DNA of 63,721 nucleotides, counting the filler, from Rhabdomonas costata (lineage: Eukaryota), in NCBI GenBank assembly GCA_019059605.1. It is 56 parts of 56 records of this genome, joined end to end, with 100 filler letters (N's around TTAATTAATTAA, not from the genome) between each part and the next. Parts side by side here need not be neighbours in the genome. Positions count along the whole stretch, not along the records: positions 10,259 to 11,298 come from JAHMHO010031914.1; positions 11,399 to 12,438 come from JAHMHO010031915.1; positions 12,539 to 13,578 come from JAHMHO010031916.1; positions 13,679 to 14,718 come from JAHMHO010031917.1; positions 14,819 to 15,858 come from JAHMHO010031918.1; positions 15,959 to 16,998 come from JAHMHO010031919.1; positions 17,099 to 18,138 come from JAHMHO010031920.1; positions 18,239 to 19,278 come from JAHMHO010031921.1; 48 more parts are not named here. One strand, given 5' to 3'. The notes beneath the pieces were generated by a model. It did no database searches. It saw only the letters and a program-made list of their open reading frames with translations, and had not been told where the DNA came from. Numbering within the stretch: position 1 is the stretch's first letter; the number at the start of each line of letters is the position of its first letter. A program made the position numbers and the translations under genes. Below, in pieces: positions 11,091-24,016 of this stretch.

Positions 11091-14000
11091 GCGCTCTCTG
11101 GCAGCACAAAGCTGCGAACGTCAAGCGGTCCCCTTTCCATTGACAGACGTGTTAACATGGGAAACCTGAAACTCACCTGATAAAGCCTGCGGCACAATAA
11201 GGGGGAACACACCCCAATGATGGATTTCAGGGACGCAAGTCAGACGCAAGTCACTCTACACAAAACGAAACAGAAGACATAAACAATCCCACACAAACNN
11301 NNNNNNNNNNNNNNNNNNNNNNNNNNNNNNNNNNNNNNNNNNTTAATTAATTAANNNNNNNNNNNNNNNNNNNNNNNNNNNNNNNNNNNNNNNNNNNNGT
11401 CACCCAACGAGTAGGCAAGTAAGTGATCCACCACTAGCCCATCTTCCCAAAATATTTCCGCTGAGCCCCGTGCCCACATGTCTCTACCTATAGAGAAAGT
11501 CCCGCTATCTACGGCGGCCAGAGGCAATGAAGTTGCACGTCGAAACGCTTCGTACCAGCGATGCACTGCAGGGCCGCTCCAGAGGAGGGGAGCTAACACG
11601 CAGCCGCTGTCCTTCCTCCGATTGCACGGAGGGAAGCGGAATCGCGCTCACGGGGTGAGTCTGCAGCGGGGAGCTGTACGGCAGCCCCGCCGCGTCCGCA
11701 GACCCTTTTTTGTGGGATGCAATTCGCTTCATCTTTCAGAGAGGGTTTTTTCCTCTTTTTTTTTGTGATTAATTGGGTACATACTCATTCAAGGACCGCG
11801 AAACCCGGGGCACGTATAATGCCGCGAGAAGTGCGGTGTGCGTTGGGCTCCGCACGGATTTCACGCCGGTGGTGGTAGGGTTCCAGATCTGTTGGAGAAC
11901 TGGAACACCACCTTCGCGTTCGCCCAAGAAAAAAGCGAGAGGATCTCGAGCACACCCTGAGCCCCCTTGCTCGGGCTTATGGGTCAATGAGCTGGAGTAC
12001 AGATACTCTGAGCCGAAATCGGCTGGAATCTTTCTTATGGTCAACTGGTCTCAATGAGAAGTAAAGCTGAACGCCCTACCCCAAAGAGCACGTACCATGC
12101 GAAACATTGGCACAAGCAAATGCCTGGTTTGGGGTCTCGAGCAGTCACGAAAGTTAGGATTATTACCGAGAAAGGTCTGTCTTTCTTACACTCATCTTGA
12201 GCACACATACAAGCACGCGTGCAAGTACGCACACGCACCTGCTAGCCTGGTCAAGGGGTGGGGACGAAGGAAAGAGCTCGAAAGCCCCAGAAGGTGCGTC
12301 TGCTGCGGAGGCTGCCCAGAAGAGGTGGAGGAAGACGCAGGCTGCCCCAAAGCGGCCTCCAAGAAGGGGGTGTGGGCCGCCATTGAGGTGGTAGCGGTGT
12401 TGCGTCTTCCTCCACCTCTTCTGGGCAGCCACCACAAANNNNNNNNNNNNNNNNNNNNNNNNNNNNNNNNNNNNNNNNNNNNTTAATTAATTAANNNNNN
12501 NNNNNNNNNNNNNNNNNNNNNNNNNNNNNNNNNNNNNNGTTATGAGCGTCTAAAAGCAACGTCCGACGTCTTTTCATGCAAGCAAGTCCGACCATTGACC
12601 AACCTGCAATTAAGCAATTCATCGCGAACAACACAAAACATGAGCCGTCTCCATTCCCGCAAAAAGACCCTCAACAATATATTTACAACACGCACAACTT
12701 TGGTTTCCTTAAACCAAAGGTCAGGGCACAGGGCTCCATAAAAATGTTCGTACAGAGCCATTTTCACAATCACGGTAGATCGGTGATTTCAGATTTCAGA
12801 ATGTGCACAATCATCATTCAAACAGCAGTCCCCAGCTCAACCCACCACCTGCCTCGAGGCAAAGATCGGACGCCTCGGGGGTGATACGGAAGCTGGGATG
12901 CACTGCCTCGTTTGGGATTGGGCTTAAAACCCTACCGCAGGACCATCTATCTGTGCAGGCATCCGGCTGCTGGGGCAGCATCGGGGTTGAAATCATGGGC
13001 AAGGCCGCAGGTCGAACACATAGGTCTCCATTTTGAACATCTCCTATCATCCTACGAGGGGTCGTTCCTCCAAGGTGAGGCGGATGTTCACCTCCGACTT
13101 CCCTCGTAAGATGCGGTAGGTTCGTGTGCTGCCCACGGGATGGCCATACGAACAAATGTGATAGCTTTCCACATCGCAGAGCCTGAGGTCTGAGAAGGTA
13201 ACGAAAAAGCAACCGGGCACACCATATGACTTGGCAGCATGTGATATCAAACCAACGAGATCCTTGGTGAAAATGGGCAGCGCTCCCACACAGAAGAAGT
13301 TCGCCAATCTGGAAGGGAGGGAAGTGGTGGTAACCACTGCCGACTGAGAAACGCAATCAACACCTCAGAATAGGTTATAGGCCGAAATATGTCTCTATCT
13401 GATTGAGGACCTTGACCTGCAGAGGATCAGAGGACGCTACACGAGTTCAGGCAGAATATACATACCCTCAGTCATCACTTAATCATTATTAGTGACATTC
13501 TGATTACCAGTGCCCCCCAACTGGCTGTGCACCAAAACGAGCACTGATAAAATGGGCTCGATGCAGTTCAATACAAGGNNNNNNNNNNNNNNNNNNNNNN
13601 NNNNNNNNNNNNNNNNNNNNNNTTAATTAATTAANNNNNNNNNNNNNNNNNNNNNNNNNNNNNNNNNNNNNNNNNNNNGTTGAGCGGGCAAGAATGCGGA
13701 AAAGGGGTCGGGAAGAGAATGATTCACAGGTTCACAGCGGGCTGACACCATGGACAGAATACAGACCGACGGGAGCACTGTTCTGAGCATATGGCCTCAT
13801 CACCAATGCCGCCCGCCATAAAAACCACCAAAGCAGAGGAAGAGGGAGGGAACAGAGAGACCTACACAAAGACCACCGATCAGGGCTTGCACTGGAAGGC
13901 GCTTTGGTCTCAATGTGACTCAAAACCGGTATATGCTAAAAATGGTTTTTGGTTTGACTGGTGAGCGTGTGGTAAAGTCCATGTGGAGGACGCTTTGCCG

Positions 14001-14822
14001 CTACAGAAATCACCACATTGAAACCTACTGCCGGTTGCCATTGTATGCGCTCTCCTGGCAAAGGAAGGGAAGTGATGCTACAACGCAGCTTTGCACCAGA
14101 AAGGTAAGCTTAGAAGCTGGGGAGTATTTTGCAGTAGTTCACAAAGAAAAAAATGAGAAATCACGAAATTTAGGAACACGCGTTTCCCACGAGAAGCTTG
14201 CGGAAGAGAAATGAAAAAGCAATGCCCCGGGTGAGCGAGTGTATGTGTATGCGAGCGCGCGCGTTTGCGGGTGGGAGGGAATTGCATGCCTTGCCACGCA
14301 ATTTGGCGTCCTGATCCAACAGCTTTGGGTACGGAATGCGCTTGGGACGTCCCGCGGAGAAGGACGCCTCCAGCTCCATGGAGGCAGCGGAGGCAGGACG
14401 AGAGAGAACGACATCCTACCACCGAAGATAGCGATAGTTGTCAAAACAAAAGAAGAATAAAGAGAACGGACGGCATCTTCGAACGGCGGTTTACGGGTGG
14501 ATCCCCTGTTTCCTGCACCCTATACCACTCCAAGCGTCAGTAAAGGACGTGCTCGGCTGGTGGGTTACTCTCGCCCCAGGCTCAGCACTGGCGATGAGAA
14601 AACATGGAGCGTCCCGGAGGGTGACGCCACCCCAATGATCGATACGCCATTTTGTAAAAAAAATTAAGCGAGGAATAAATACCTGGATCAATACTTGTCG
14701 CAATACAACCCAAACACCNNNNNNNNNNNNNNNNNNNNNNNNNNNNNNNNNNNNNNNNNNNNTTAATTAATTAANNNNNNNNNNNNNNNNNNNNNNNNNN
14801 NNNNNNNNNNNNNNNNNNTGTG

Positions 14823-15691
14823 GGGGGGTCCTTGGAGAGGGTAATAGAGATCGAGGAGATCGTGCGGGTGATCTCCTTGCGGTCCAGGCCCTGCACCAGG
14901 GGCTCAAAGCTGTCCACCAGCGTGTTGCTCTCCAGCTTTGTGATCTGTGGCGGCGAAGAGACGCGCAAAGGGTGAGCCACCGGATTGGCATCCTTTCGCG
15001 GAGTTGATCAGGGGGTATTTTATCTAGTGGTCCACCCACACACTACGTGCACAAGGTATGGATTTGATGGGTGTCTTTTCTGCCGCTTTCGAACTCTCTC
15101 CTGCTGCCTGGTCGCTTCTTGGAGTTGCGAATCACCCCTCTTTTACTGAGTTGAGGTTCTTGAGAACCCTCAATGGCGCATTCCAAGGTTCTCGGGAGCT
15201 CACAACACTGCAGCAAGAGGTCCGCATACAAGGAGCTCCAACCCTCTGCGCTCGCTAATACACACACACACACACACACGGCGGGGAGGGCGGGCAGGTC
15301 ACTCAGAGACCCGATAGCCAGTACCCAAAGCACTTTGGGGAGAGGGTTTAACGGTACAAAAAAAACGTATAACAACGTGATACTGCTTGGTAATACCACA
15401 TCGCCCCTCTAATCCGTTTGGCGCCCACCCTCCCATCTCAAACCACAACCTCTAAACTCGTGCGAAATCCAGACCCTGTTCCGTGTCTGTGGGAACACCA
15501 CTGGTTCACGGAAATCATATACATTATACATTGCATGTTAATTTGACTACTCCCAGGGGCAACAGAGAAAGCCCAAAGGGAACCTGGTGCAGGCCGATGA
15601 CACGGCGCTTGAGCACCTCGGCGATGCTGACGGCCTTGGGGATGGCCCGGCCCATGGCGCGGACCACAATGTTGCGGTGCTCAGTCTCCGT
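14823..15691 (-). CDS. Alba family (Rpp25/Mdp2-like) RNA-binding protein, two exons (15691-15584, 14944 to contig edge)
   Basis: IVVRAMGRAIPKAVSIAEVLKRRVIGLHQ | ITKLESNTLVDSFEPLVQGLDRKEITRTISSISITLSKDP; phase-0 GT-AG intron 15583-14945. Confidence 0.92.
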
Positions 15692-17285
15692 CTGTACACA
15701 AACCCACACTCACATCCACACACCGCACACGAAAAGGACACGCGAAACAAATTTTTTTTTGCGCAGTGTGTCATTGTCTCGCAGTTCCACATTTTTCCTG
15801 CGTACATTCTGGCATGCAGTTGCCCGCTTTGCTGTATATTTTTGCCACATCCACACACNNNNNNNNNNNNNNNNNNNNNNNNNNNNNNNNNNNNNNNNNN
15901 NNTTAATTAATTAANNNNNNNNNNNNNNNNNNNNNNNNNNNNNNNNNNNNNNNNNNNNTGTGTTTTGGAATGGGGCAGATGGGGGTGTTGAGGACGCTGA
16001 GCCCCGTCACTCTGGTGGTGAGGCCAATGTTCCACAGAGTATTTCTCGATGCAGGCGTGCTTGTGAGAAGGCGTGGGAGCTGGGTTGTTGGTCAAGTAAT
16101 GTTGCTTTCTGGAGCGGTTCGTCCCGCAAATTGGCACTCTGCACTCTGCATCACCCGTGCGAAGCAAGACAGCGCACTGGAAGGTCAGGATTATTGCTTT
16201 GGGGTTCTTGACCTTGCACGAGGCACAAGTATGTGCTGTTGTTCTCCTGACTAGTCTTGGCTTCTGCAAGATCTTCGGCTTTTGGGGGCTGTGGACTCCT
16301 TTCCCGGGGCGTGCTTGTTGGCGTTTTTCCGGATCTCTTTTTCTTAGTTGGAGAGGTCCGTCCGTGCGGGCGCAGCGTCCCCCTCTCCGGGGGCAGCCTC
16401 CCCGCGAGTCCCTCAGCTTATCTCCACTGCAAAAGCTGTGGCCATGGTTGCATTCTTTTGTGGCCGCCCGCTAACTCCCACTCCTCCTTGAGTTTCCCTC
16501 GCCCTCTACGTTCCTCTCATGCTTCTTTTTAGGCCCCTCCCCTGGTTTAGTTTTACCCTCGCAGCGCTGGCACTGCTCATTTTTTCATCATAAGACGTGG
16601 CATCGTTCCCACCGTGGGAACTTTCTTCGACGGTGCTTGGGAAGGGATCTCAATTGTCGCTCTGTTGTTACTCGCCAGCATTGAATTGCATTGCAGTTAG
16701 AAAGGGTCACGTCTTTTCAGTCCGAACGTTTCAGAACATTGCCATTAGGGGTGATATTCCGGTGCACTGGTGCACTGGTGCTATAAAGGTCAAATAGGGT
16801 ACAAGGGTACAAACCGTTAAAGCTGAGGTCCAAGAACCCCAACGGTGATAAAACGGTGTTTCGGACCCACCATTGCGAACACCACTACCACTGGTGGTCT
16901 ATCATGCAACACTCCTCCCCGCAGGAAGGCCTCTCCAGCAAGGGCGCCAGCGCCCTCCCAGTTTGCCCTCAATGACGAAGTACTGAGTCCAAAAACCCNN
17001 NNNNNNNNNNNNNNNNNNNNNNNNNNNNNNNNNNNNNNNNNNTTAATTAATTAANNNNNNNNNNNNNNNNNNNNNNNNNNNNNNNNNNNNNNNNNNNNTA
17101 TTAACGGGGGAATATTGGGGGGGGGACGAAACTGTCCAAGTCCACGTGGTCGGCCCCTGAAATTTTCTTACCTTCACGTGCCCCGCTTTTCTCCCGGTGT
17201 GCGCTGGTGCATGTCGCGTGCGAGGAAGTGTTCTGCTTTTGATTTTTTTTTTGGAACGCGACTGGTGATGTGGCGGTATTCTCAG

Positions 17286-18100
17286 ATCCTTTAAGGTCTC
17301 GCCAGTCTTCATGACTCTCGCCTGGTGCACCGGGATCTCAAGCCTTCCAACCTGCTTGTCAACTCGTGTGCGCTTTTAACTGCCTTTGGCCTTCTCCTTC
17401 GACCGCGTACTTTTTCTTCAGAAAATGCTGATCTCATTCTTTCGGGCATGGTTTGTCGGCAGGCCCCCCTTCTTTTTTCCCAAGAAATTTTGGAGGTTGT
17501 CATAAAGATTTGTATTGCAGCCCCAGAAGTTTCAAAACATCCACTTTTGCAAAGCGACGCTTCAAAATTTTTCTGCACATATTTTTGATTATTGCAAAAA
17601 TAAAAGCTTCTTTCGGAAGCTGGTGCCCCTGACCCCGTACGAAACCAAATGAACTCACCTCGGAGACCACGGGGACATTTTGGGAGGCCCACTGTCTACA
17701 CAAAAGACCCCGGGCCTGCTTCAGCTTCGTCCTGGAAAATACAAAAAATTTTCATATCAGAAAACATTTCATCTCACCATGAACACGGTTATTTCCCCCA
17801 CCCAGGAAATGGTCAATCATTTACAACGTCCGCTGCACTGGGAAAGAACAGGACAGAAAAATCCAGTTGAAACGATCATTCGCTTTTGCTGCACTTCAAA
17901 CTGGTTTTGGGACCATTCCTGCAGCGTTGCTGTGAAAATCGGGGACCATTCAATCAACAAACCCGACCGCATTCTTTTCCTCCAATGTGCCTTGTTCCAG
18001 GCAAGGATTTGTGAAGGTCTCTGACTTCGGGGTTTCAACCCTGGTGAACTCGGTGAACCCCTACGCCCACACCATGGTTGGTTCACAATCCTACATGAGC
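17286..18100 (+). CDS. STE7/MAP2K-like kinase, two exons (17286 or 17296 to 17365; 18001-18100)
   Basis: LH..RLVHRDLKPSNLLVNS | QGFVKVSDFGVSTLVNSVNPYAHTMVGSQSYMS; phase-2 GT-AG intron; TAA at 17292-17294 is in frame if the upstream acceptor is used. Confidence 0.88.
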
Positions 18101-18417
18101 GTATGCCAGAAATTGCATCTCTCTGCCCCACCCCAAAANNNNNNNNNNNNNNNNNNNNNNNNNNNNNNNNNNNNNNNNNNNNTTAATTAATTAANNNNNN
18201 NNNNNNNNNNNNNNNNNNNNNNNNNNNNNNNNNNNNNNGGTGGGTGGGGGTAGGCTTAGGCGAAAGCATCATCCTCTGCATACCTTGGTGTATCACGTGC
18301 CTCCACTCAACCCATTGAGCCACTAATCCGTTCTACCTCACACTGCTCACACCTCATTCCAGAAACCAACTCGTACGTCTCCACTTTCCGTATGGTCTTT
18401 GTGCGTCTTTCAGTTAA

Positions 18418-18466
18418 TGAGTGAGTGAGTGAGTGAGTGAGTGAGTGAGATAATGAGTGAGTGAGT
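18418..18466. repeat. (GAGT)n microsatellite
   Basis: Interrupted tandem GAGT units. Confidence 0.9.
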
Positions 18467-18737
18467 GTGTGTGAAACTCAGTTGTGTGGGTGCGTGTTCT
18501 CGCTGATTGTTTAGAGAAACAAGGTGCGGGGCCCCGCGAGCATTTCATTAGATCTGGAACAGAAACCTCTGACCTCTGAGTTCTGTTCCCGACCGGGACT
18601 GATCTCGCAGGGCAGTTCTGCATCCGTCCGGAATGGTTTTTAGGGGATATTTTCTGCACGCTGTGCCCGAAGCAATCCTGCCCTGATCCCCGCGAAAGTG
18701 CCCCCACCCCGCCTGCCCTGTGTAAAGGTTTTCGCAG

Positions 18738-18879
18738 TACGGGCCTGTGAAGGCGGTGAAGATGGTGCGGAAGGAAATTTCTGGCCACCCTGCGGGCTCG
18801 GCCTTCGTGCACTTCGAGAACGCTGAGACCCTGCAGGCCGCCATGGAGGACGCCCGCCGCGTGGTTGCTGCGTCTTCAG
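18738..18879 (+). CDS. RRM-domain exon (RBM28/Nop4-like by motif)
   Basis: tcgcag|YGPVKAVKMVRKEISGHPAGSAFVHFENAETLQAAME...|gtgccc; RNP1-like GSAFVHF. Confidence 0.8.
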
Positions 18880-19459
18880 GTGCCCGGGCTGGCGCGGGTC
18901 TGGGGATGGGTTTGTGGGAGAAGGTGCGTTGAATACGTCCAAATTATCTGATTAAAGGTGCAGTATGACCTTATCCTCATATGATATCGCCACGCCGAAG
19001 GGGCCTTTCTTAGCTAGTTTTGCTGGTCAGCTCGCCGGCAGTCTGCTTAATGTTCCCCATTTCCATACTTCATTTCTATTTGCTTTCTCTTGTCGATCAC
19101 TGCGCCTTCTTTTTTCCCCGCCATTTCGCGTCTGCATTAAGTGCCCTTCGAACTCAACAGCTCTTCTCTACCTTCACTACCGTTGCGCTGCGGTTTCTTT
19201 TCTCTGTAGCATATTGTGCCCCGTAAACGCATACAGCCCTCATTAGAGCCGGTGACCTTACCCCAAAACCCAACGCCCNNNNNNNNNNNNNNNNNNNNNN
19301 NNNNNNNNNNNNNNNNNNNNNNTTAATTAATTAANNNNNNNNNNNNNNNNNNNNNNNNNNNNNNNNNNNNNNNNNNNNGTATTCCCGCGCGCCCCACCTA
19401 GAAGCCCACCTCTCTTAGATTCGGCACTTTTGTGCTTCTGTGCTACCGCTGCGGCGTAC

Positions 19460-19555
19460 TGCCTTGAACACCTTAAAGACCTCGAACTCCTTCCGGAACC
19501 GTGGGTCTTTCTGCAAATCGCTCCGCTTCATCTCTTCGGCATTTGACACATAAAA
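19460..19555 (-). CDS. Putative exon, hypothetical protein
   Basis: tcatag|FYVSNAEEMKRSDLQKDPRFRKEFEVFKVFKA|gtacgc; donor position uncertain. Confidence 0.45.
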
Positions 19556-19559
19556 CTAT

Positions 19560-20418
19560 GAAAACAGAAGATTGACATGACAGTAGTGGGACATCTAGCA
19601 TCCACCAACACCACTACATACAGTATGATATTACAAAGTCACCACCACAGAAATGCCCACAGTCACCACCACAACGATGCACTCCAACAAAGAACCACAC
19701 AAGATATCAACACAGTACAACTAATACATCTACTACAGCTCCAACTCACCACAACTCCACTCTAATACAGAATACAAGAAGCAAAAACACACAACTGTAA
19801 TACAGTGAGTAGCCACCAGACTAACTCTATCAATCAATACTCATACTCACAAACACACAGTGAAACCAACTTCAACATCAACACCAACACTCCAACACCG
19901 ACTAACTCACATACACAGACACAGACACAGCAACCAACCCATACAACCATAGCCAACACAAAAATACAAATAATCACACAGCACCACAATCAATCCAAAC
20001 ATAACCAAACCTAACAACACCATAGCACCTAAAATCACAACCAACGGTTTCAGCATTAGCACCAACACTCTAAGCCATAAAATGCCAACACGCCGCGCCA
20101 ACGCCACACACGCAACTATTCCATGATCACAACAAAACACGCATCAACACTAATCCAACTATCTTCACGAGCCCAGCACTCACAATCACCATATTTCACT
20201 ACTACACAACAAACTCAAATACATTGAGCCCAACCACCATCACAGATGCAAACAGAAACAACAGTGAAACAGACAACGGGCACACAAAATCACCACACAC
20301 ATGGCCTACAAACACATCAAGCATCACACAAAAAGCAACAACAAAACACAAGCCAACATGACACAGACCTCAATGCACAACACCACAAAGAACAAAACAT
20401 ACACCAAAGCTACTGCAC
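19560..20418. repeat. Non-periodic, strongly strand-skewed C/A-rich tract
   Basis: 3 G in 19861-19920 and 2 G in 19981-20040 on the + strand; no fixed unit. Confidence 0.85.
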
Positions 20419-21156
20419 NNNNNNNNNNNNNNNNNNNNNNNNNNNNNNNNNNNNNNNNNNNNTTAATTAATTAANNNNNNNNNNNNNNNNNNNNNNNNNN
20501 NNNNNNNNNNNNNNNNNNGGAACGGCAACCATTGTCGATGCCGAAACCCAATTTTTGTTTCTTTTTCACCAAAGGACTTACCATACTTCCGGACTTACTT
20601 TGTGTTGTTTTCTCCATCTCATCAGTTGTCATCGGCATAAGGTGGGAAGGTGTGCTGATGTGGGATTTATGCGTTAGGGCGATGAGGTTTGGGCGTCATT
20701 TTGCAGTGGCTTCAATCAATTGGTTTGGGCCTCCATGTGGGCATGTCCGCATTCCTTTCCTTGCAGACTGGTGCAGAAAAGCCAGAGCTTCCCCAAGGGA
20801 TGTGTCGACGTTGCCACCACCACGACCCCGTGGGGGACTTGGTATCCATCTCTCGATGTTTGTGTGTTCCTACCATTTTGCATTTCGACGCACTGTTCTG
20901 AGTTTACCCTTTGCATTTTCGGCTCACTTTCGCCATTCTTCACGTAGTTCGTGCTCCTTTAACGGCCATACCTGAACCGTTGCGTTTACCCAACTCACAC
21001 ATGCCCCGCCCCTCCCTATTGGGAGAAAAGAGCTTTGTAGGGCTACTTTTGCCCCTGGTCTCTCTGTCGCTCTCGCTCTCTCTGCACCAATCTATATGCG
21101 CTGTTAGCTTACAACCACCCACCTGTACTCCCCTCGCTCTTGCTTTCCCGCCGTAG

Positions 21157-21294
21157 TATACCACGAAGGAGACCTCCCTGCGGCTGTGGGCACGGGCTCG
21201 TGCCCAACTCGCCCGGCTTCGTGAATCTCCCGCTGCACCACCCGCCAAGGTGATGGATCTGCTGACGGAGCAAGCGGATGCCCTTCACCCACAG
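21157..21294 (+). CDS. Putative exon, hypothetical protein
   Basis: Pyrimidine tract, ccgtag|YTTKETSLRLWARARAQLARLRE...ADALHPQ|gtaatg; 46 codons. Confidence 0.55.
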
Positions 21295-21801
21295 GTAATG
21301 ATAGCGCCCTTCGCGTGTGCAGCTTTCGAGGCGAGAGCTCCGAGAGAACTGGAGACTTGGCCTGGCGCACATCTGAGAAGGGTTTTGTCGTACTCTCCGT
21401 TTCGTAAGCCTTTTCAGCTATCAATTTCGCTTGCGAGGATTGGCAGGCATGGTAGTCGTTGTCATGGCTCCAACAGTTCTTGCAGTTATCCGGTTTGATT
21501 CGTTTCGCACTCCTGGCATGAGACTCTCGCAGTTGTCCGAAATTGATAGCTGAAAAAANNNNNNNNNNNNNNNNNNNNNNNNNNNNNNNNNNNNNNNNNN
21601 NNTTAATTAATTAANNNNNNNNNNNNNNNNNNNNNNNNNNNNNNNNNNNNNNNNNNNNGGGTGTGGGGGGGGCCCAACCAGGCAGGGGCTCGGGATGGTG
21701 TGGGGAAAGTCGGCAAGAGCCCAGAAGCTCCGCAGGGGACTCACTCGGATTTGCACCTAAAAGGACCATACCCATAGTTACACTGTTGAGGAAGGTAAGA
21801 A

Positions 21802-21805
21802 ACAC

Positions 21806-21902
<97 letters not shown>

Positions 21903-21930
21903 TACACTCACTCACTCACTCACTCACTCA
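21802..21930. repeat. (ACACAT)n followed by (CACT)n microsatellite
   Basis: About 17 perfect hexamers then tetramer units; source of the spurious YVYV/TYTY ORFs. Confidence 0.97.
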
Positions 21931-22815
21931 CACTCATTCACACACAGCTCAGCTGTTGGCACACTTGGGGCGCCGGTGTGCTAACCAGCAAGGATTCCTT
22001 TTGCCCACATAAGCAAGACCGAAAACGCTCCCTAAAGGGATCAAATGGGCCCAAAATGGCCTCTTGGGCAGCTGCAATCCGAAGCATTCCAGCCCAAACG
22101 AGGGCCAGGATGAAGTTCTCCTGAACTCTCTCTCTCTAAGGTATAGTACGCAGACCGGCTCGAAAGCGTAAGCGCAGCACCCAGGCCTGGAAAGGCAAAG
22201 CAAGTGCTCCATGGTCCCTTAAAAGTCGAAAAAGACCCTTCAGGGTGTCACAACTAGATGGGGAGATGCAGCCAGAGGAAACCACAAAGCTCAACTCAGA
22301 ATTAACACCAACTATGGGCCTCCAACCAACCAGACTGGCTCAAGTTACGACACCGGCGCCAGGTCCTCCGGTGTGGTTCGGCTCGCGTCCCAGGGTGCCC
22401 AGAGCGAAAATCGCTCAGCGAATGTGTAAAGATTTGAGCCCAAGAGAGTGGCCCTACCACCACCACTACCACCTTTTAACAGGAGTGTACCTCCGCACCA
22501 GTTGTGTTGGACTTTCCCACGATTTCCCTCACCGATCCTCTTACACTTTTACACTCTTATACACTCACTATTCTCCCAGTGACCCGCCCCCACCTCACCC
22601 TCTCACTCACCTGCACGGCCCGAGCCAATTACTGCCCACGCAGGGGATGCTGAGAGGTCCCTCTCTGCAGGGCTCCGCGCAGAGGGGCTGCCACCACCCC
22701 CNNNNNNNNNNNNNNNNNNNNNNNNNNNNNNNNNNNNNNNNNNNNTTAATTAATTAANNNNNNNNNNNNNNNNNNNNNNNNNNNNNNNNNNNNNNNNNNN
22801 NTTTCTTGGGTACAG

Positions 22816-23841
22816 CCCGTACCTTGCCGAGCTCACTTCGGCCTCCTTTGACAGCGCCTTGAATGCAGCCCAGGTCCTGGTGGTTTTCTTTCACGGCGAC
22901 GGGTGCGACATCCGCTGTGAGAGTGTCCGGCCCACTCTAGAGGTCCAACATGCGATTTAATTGCTGTGCTCTCATTATCGCGACCTTGGCATAACTGAAA
23001 AATTCTTCAACTCCCAGCAGTCTGTGGTTCGGCCAGTCGGTTAATTCTAGTAAAAACCTTTCAAAACCTTTAAAAAAAGGTATTGGGTATGTATACGTCT
23101 ATGCAGCTGCTGTCACCCACTTTGCAGGTCACTGCCCGTGCTGTACACGGGCTGCAGTATACCGCACTGGCCTCTTTGGACGTCACGGCGCATCCTGAGC
23201 TCGCAGCCCGACTGGGTGGCGTGATCCCTGCCACGCTGCGGGTGTACCATCACTGGTCGGAAATCGATTATGTCGACCTTCCTTTGGAAACCACGGCTGA
23301 GGAGCTCACCACTGAAGTCCAGGTGGTTGTCGAGTTGTCGAGGGTGTGGATGAACGGATCACCCCCATGCTTTATTTTCTTCCTTCCCTTGCGATTGTCC
23401 TGGACACTGAACGTTGGTGACCTTGATGAATTTGACTGTGTACTTTGCATCAAGAGGCTTCTCACAATGGGAAGCATGGTGCTTGTGTTCAATCCTCATC
23501 TGGTTGTCGTTTAGTTTTTCTCTCCCTCTTGCCGCTTTTTTCCGTCGTATTCCCCGCCCCTCACCACCAGTTGCAGAAAATGCTACGCCCCTGATTCAGG
23601 GACTCTTACATGAACCCTGGTGGCTCTGGTTCCTTATCGATTCTCTATAGCCCGTATTGCTGGCCCTTCAGTGTGCTTGTAATGCTGCTGTGGCAGTGCT
23701 TTGCATCTTTGTAAGTGGGTCATCGGTAAGCTCTTTGAGGGACATCTGGGGCTGTGTTTAAGGCCCTCCTGGAAACCTACTCCGACCGTGTGCCCACACT
23801 GACTCCGGAGAACGTCGCCGACTTGATCCGCCAGGACACGT
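22816..23841 (+). CDS. PDI-like multi-thioredoxin-domain protein, three exons (22816-22942, 23128-23322, 23763 to contig edge)
   Basis: ELTSASFDSAL...LVVFFHGDGCDIRCESVRPTLE | ...LASLDVTAHPELAARLGGVIPATLRVY... | ...VPTLTPENVADLI; phase-0 introns. Confidence 0.75.
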
Positions 23842-24016
23842 NNNNNNNNNNNNNNNNNNNNNNNNNNNNNNNNNNNNNNNNNNNNTTAATTAATTAANNN
23901 NNNNNNNNNNNNNNNNNNNNNNNNNNNNNNNNNNNNNNNNNGGGGGTGGTGGAACCGTGTTGTTTGTGGTAAGTGTTTTGTGTTTTGATTCTTTCTCTGT
24001 TCCGGCGCACGCGCAG

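Noticed and set aside
19907..20140. Hydrophobic membrane-protein ORFs in the skewed tract
   Set aside because: Val/Leu/Cys/Gly richness follows directly from G/T composition
21611..22124. YVYV/TYTY repeat proteins (also QKQK/TETE at 50088-50282)
   Set aside because: Translations of hexamer microsatellites
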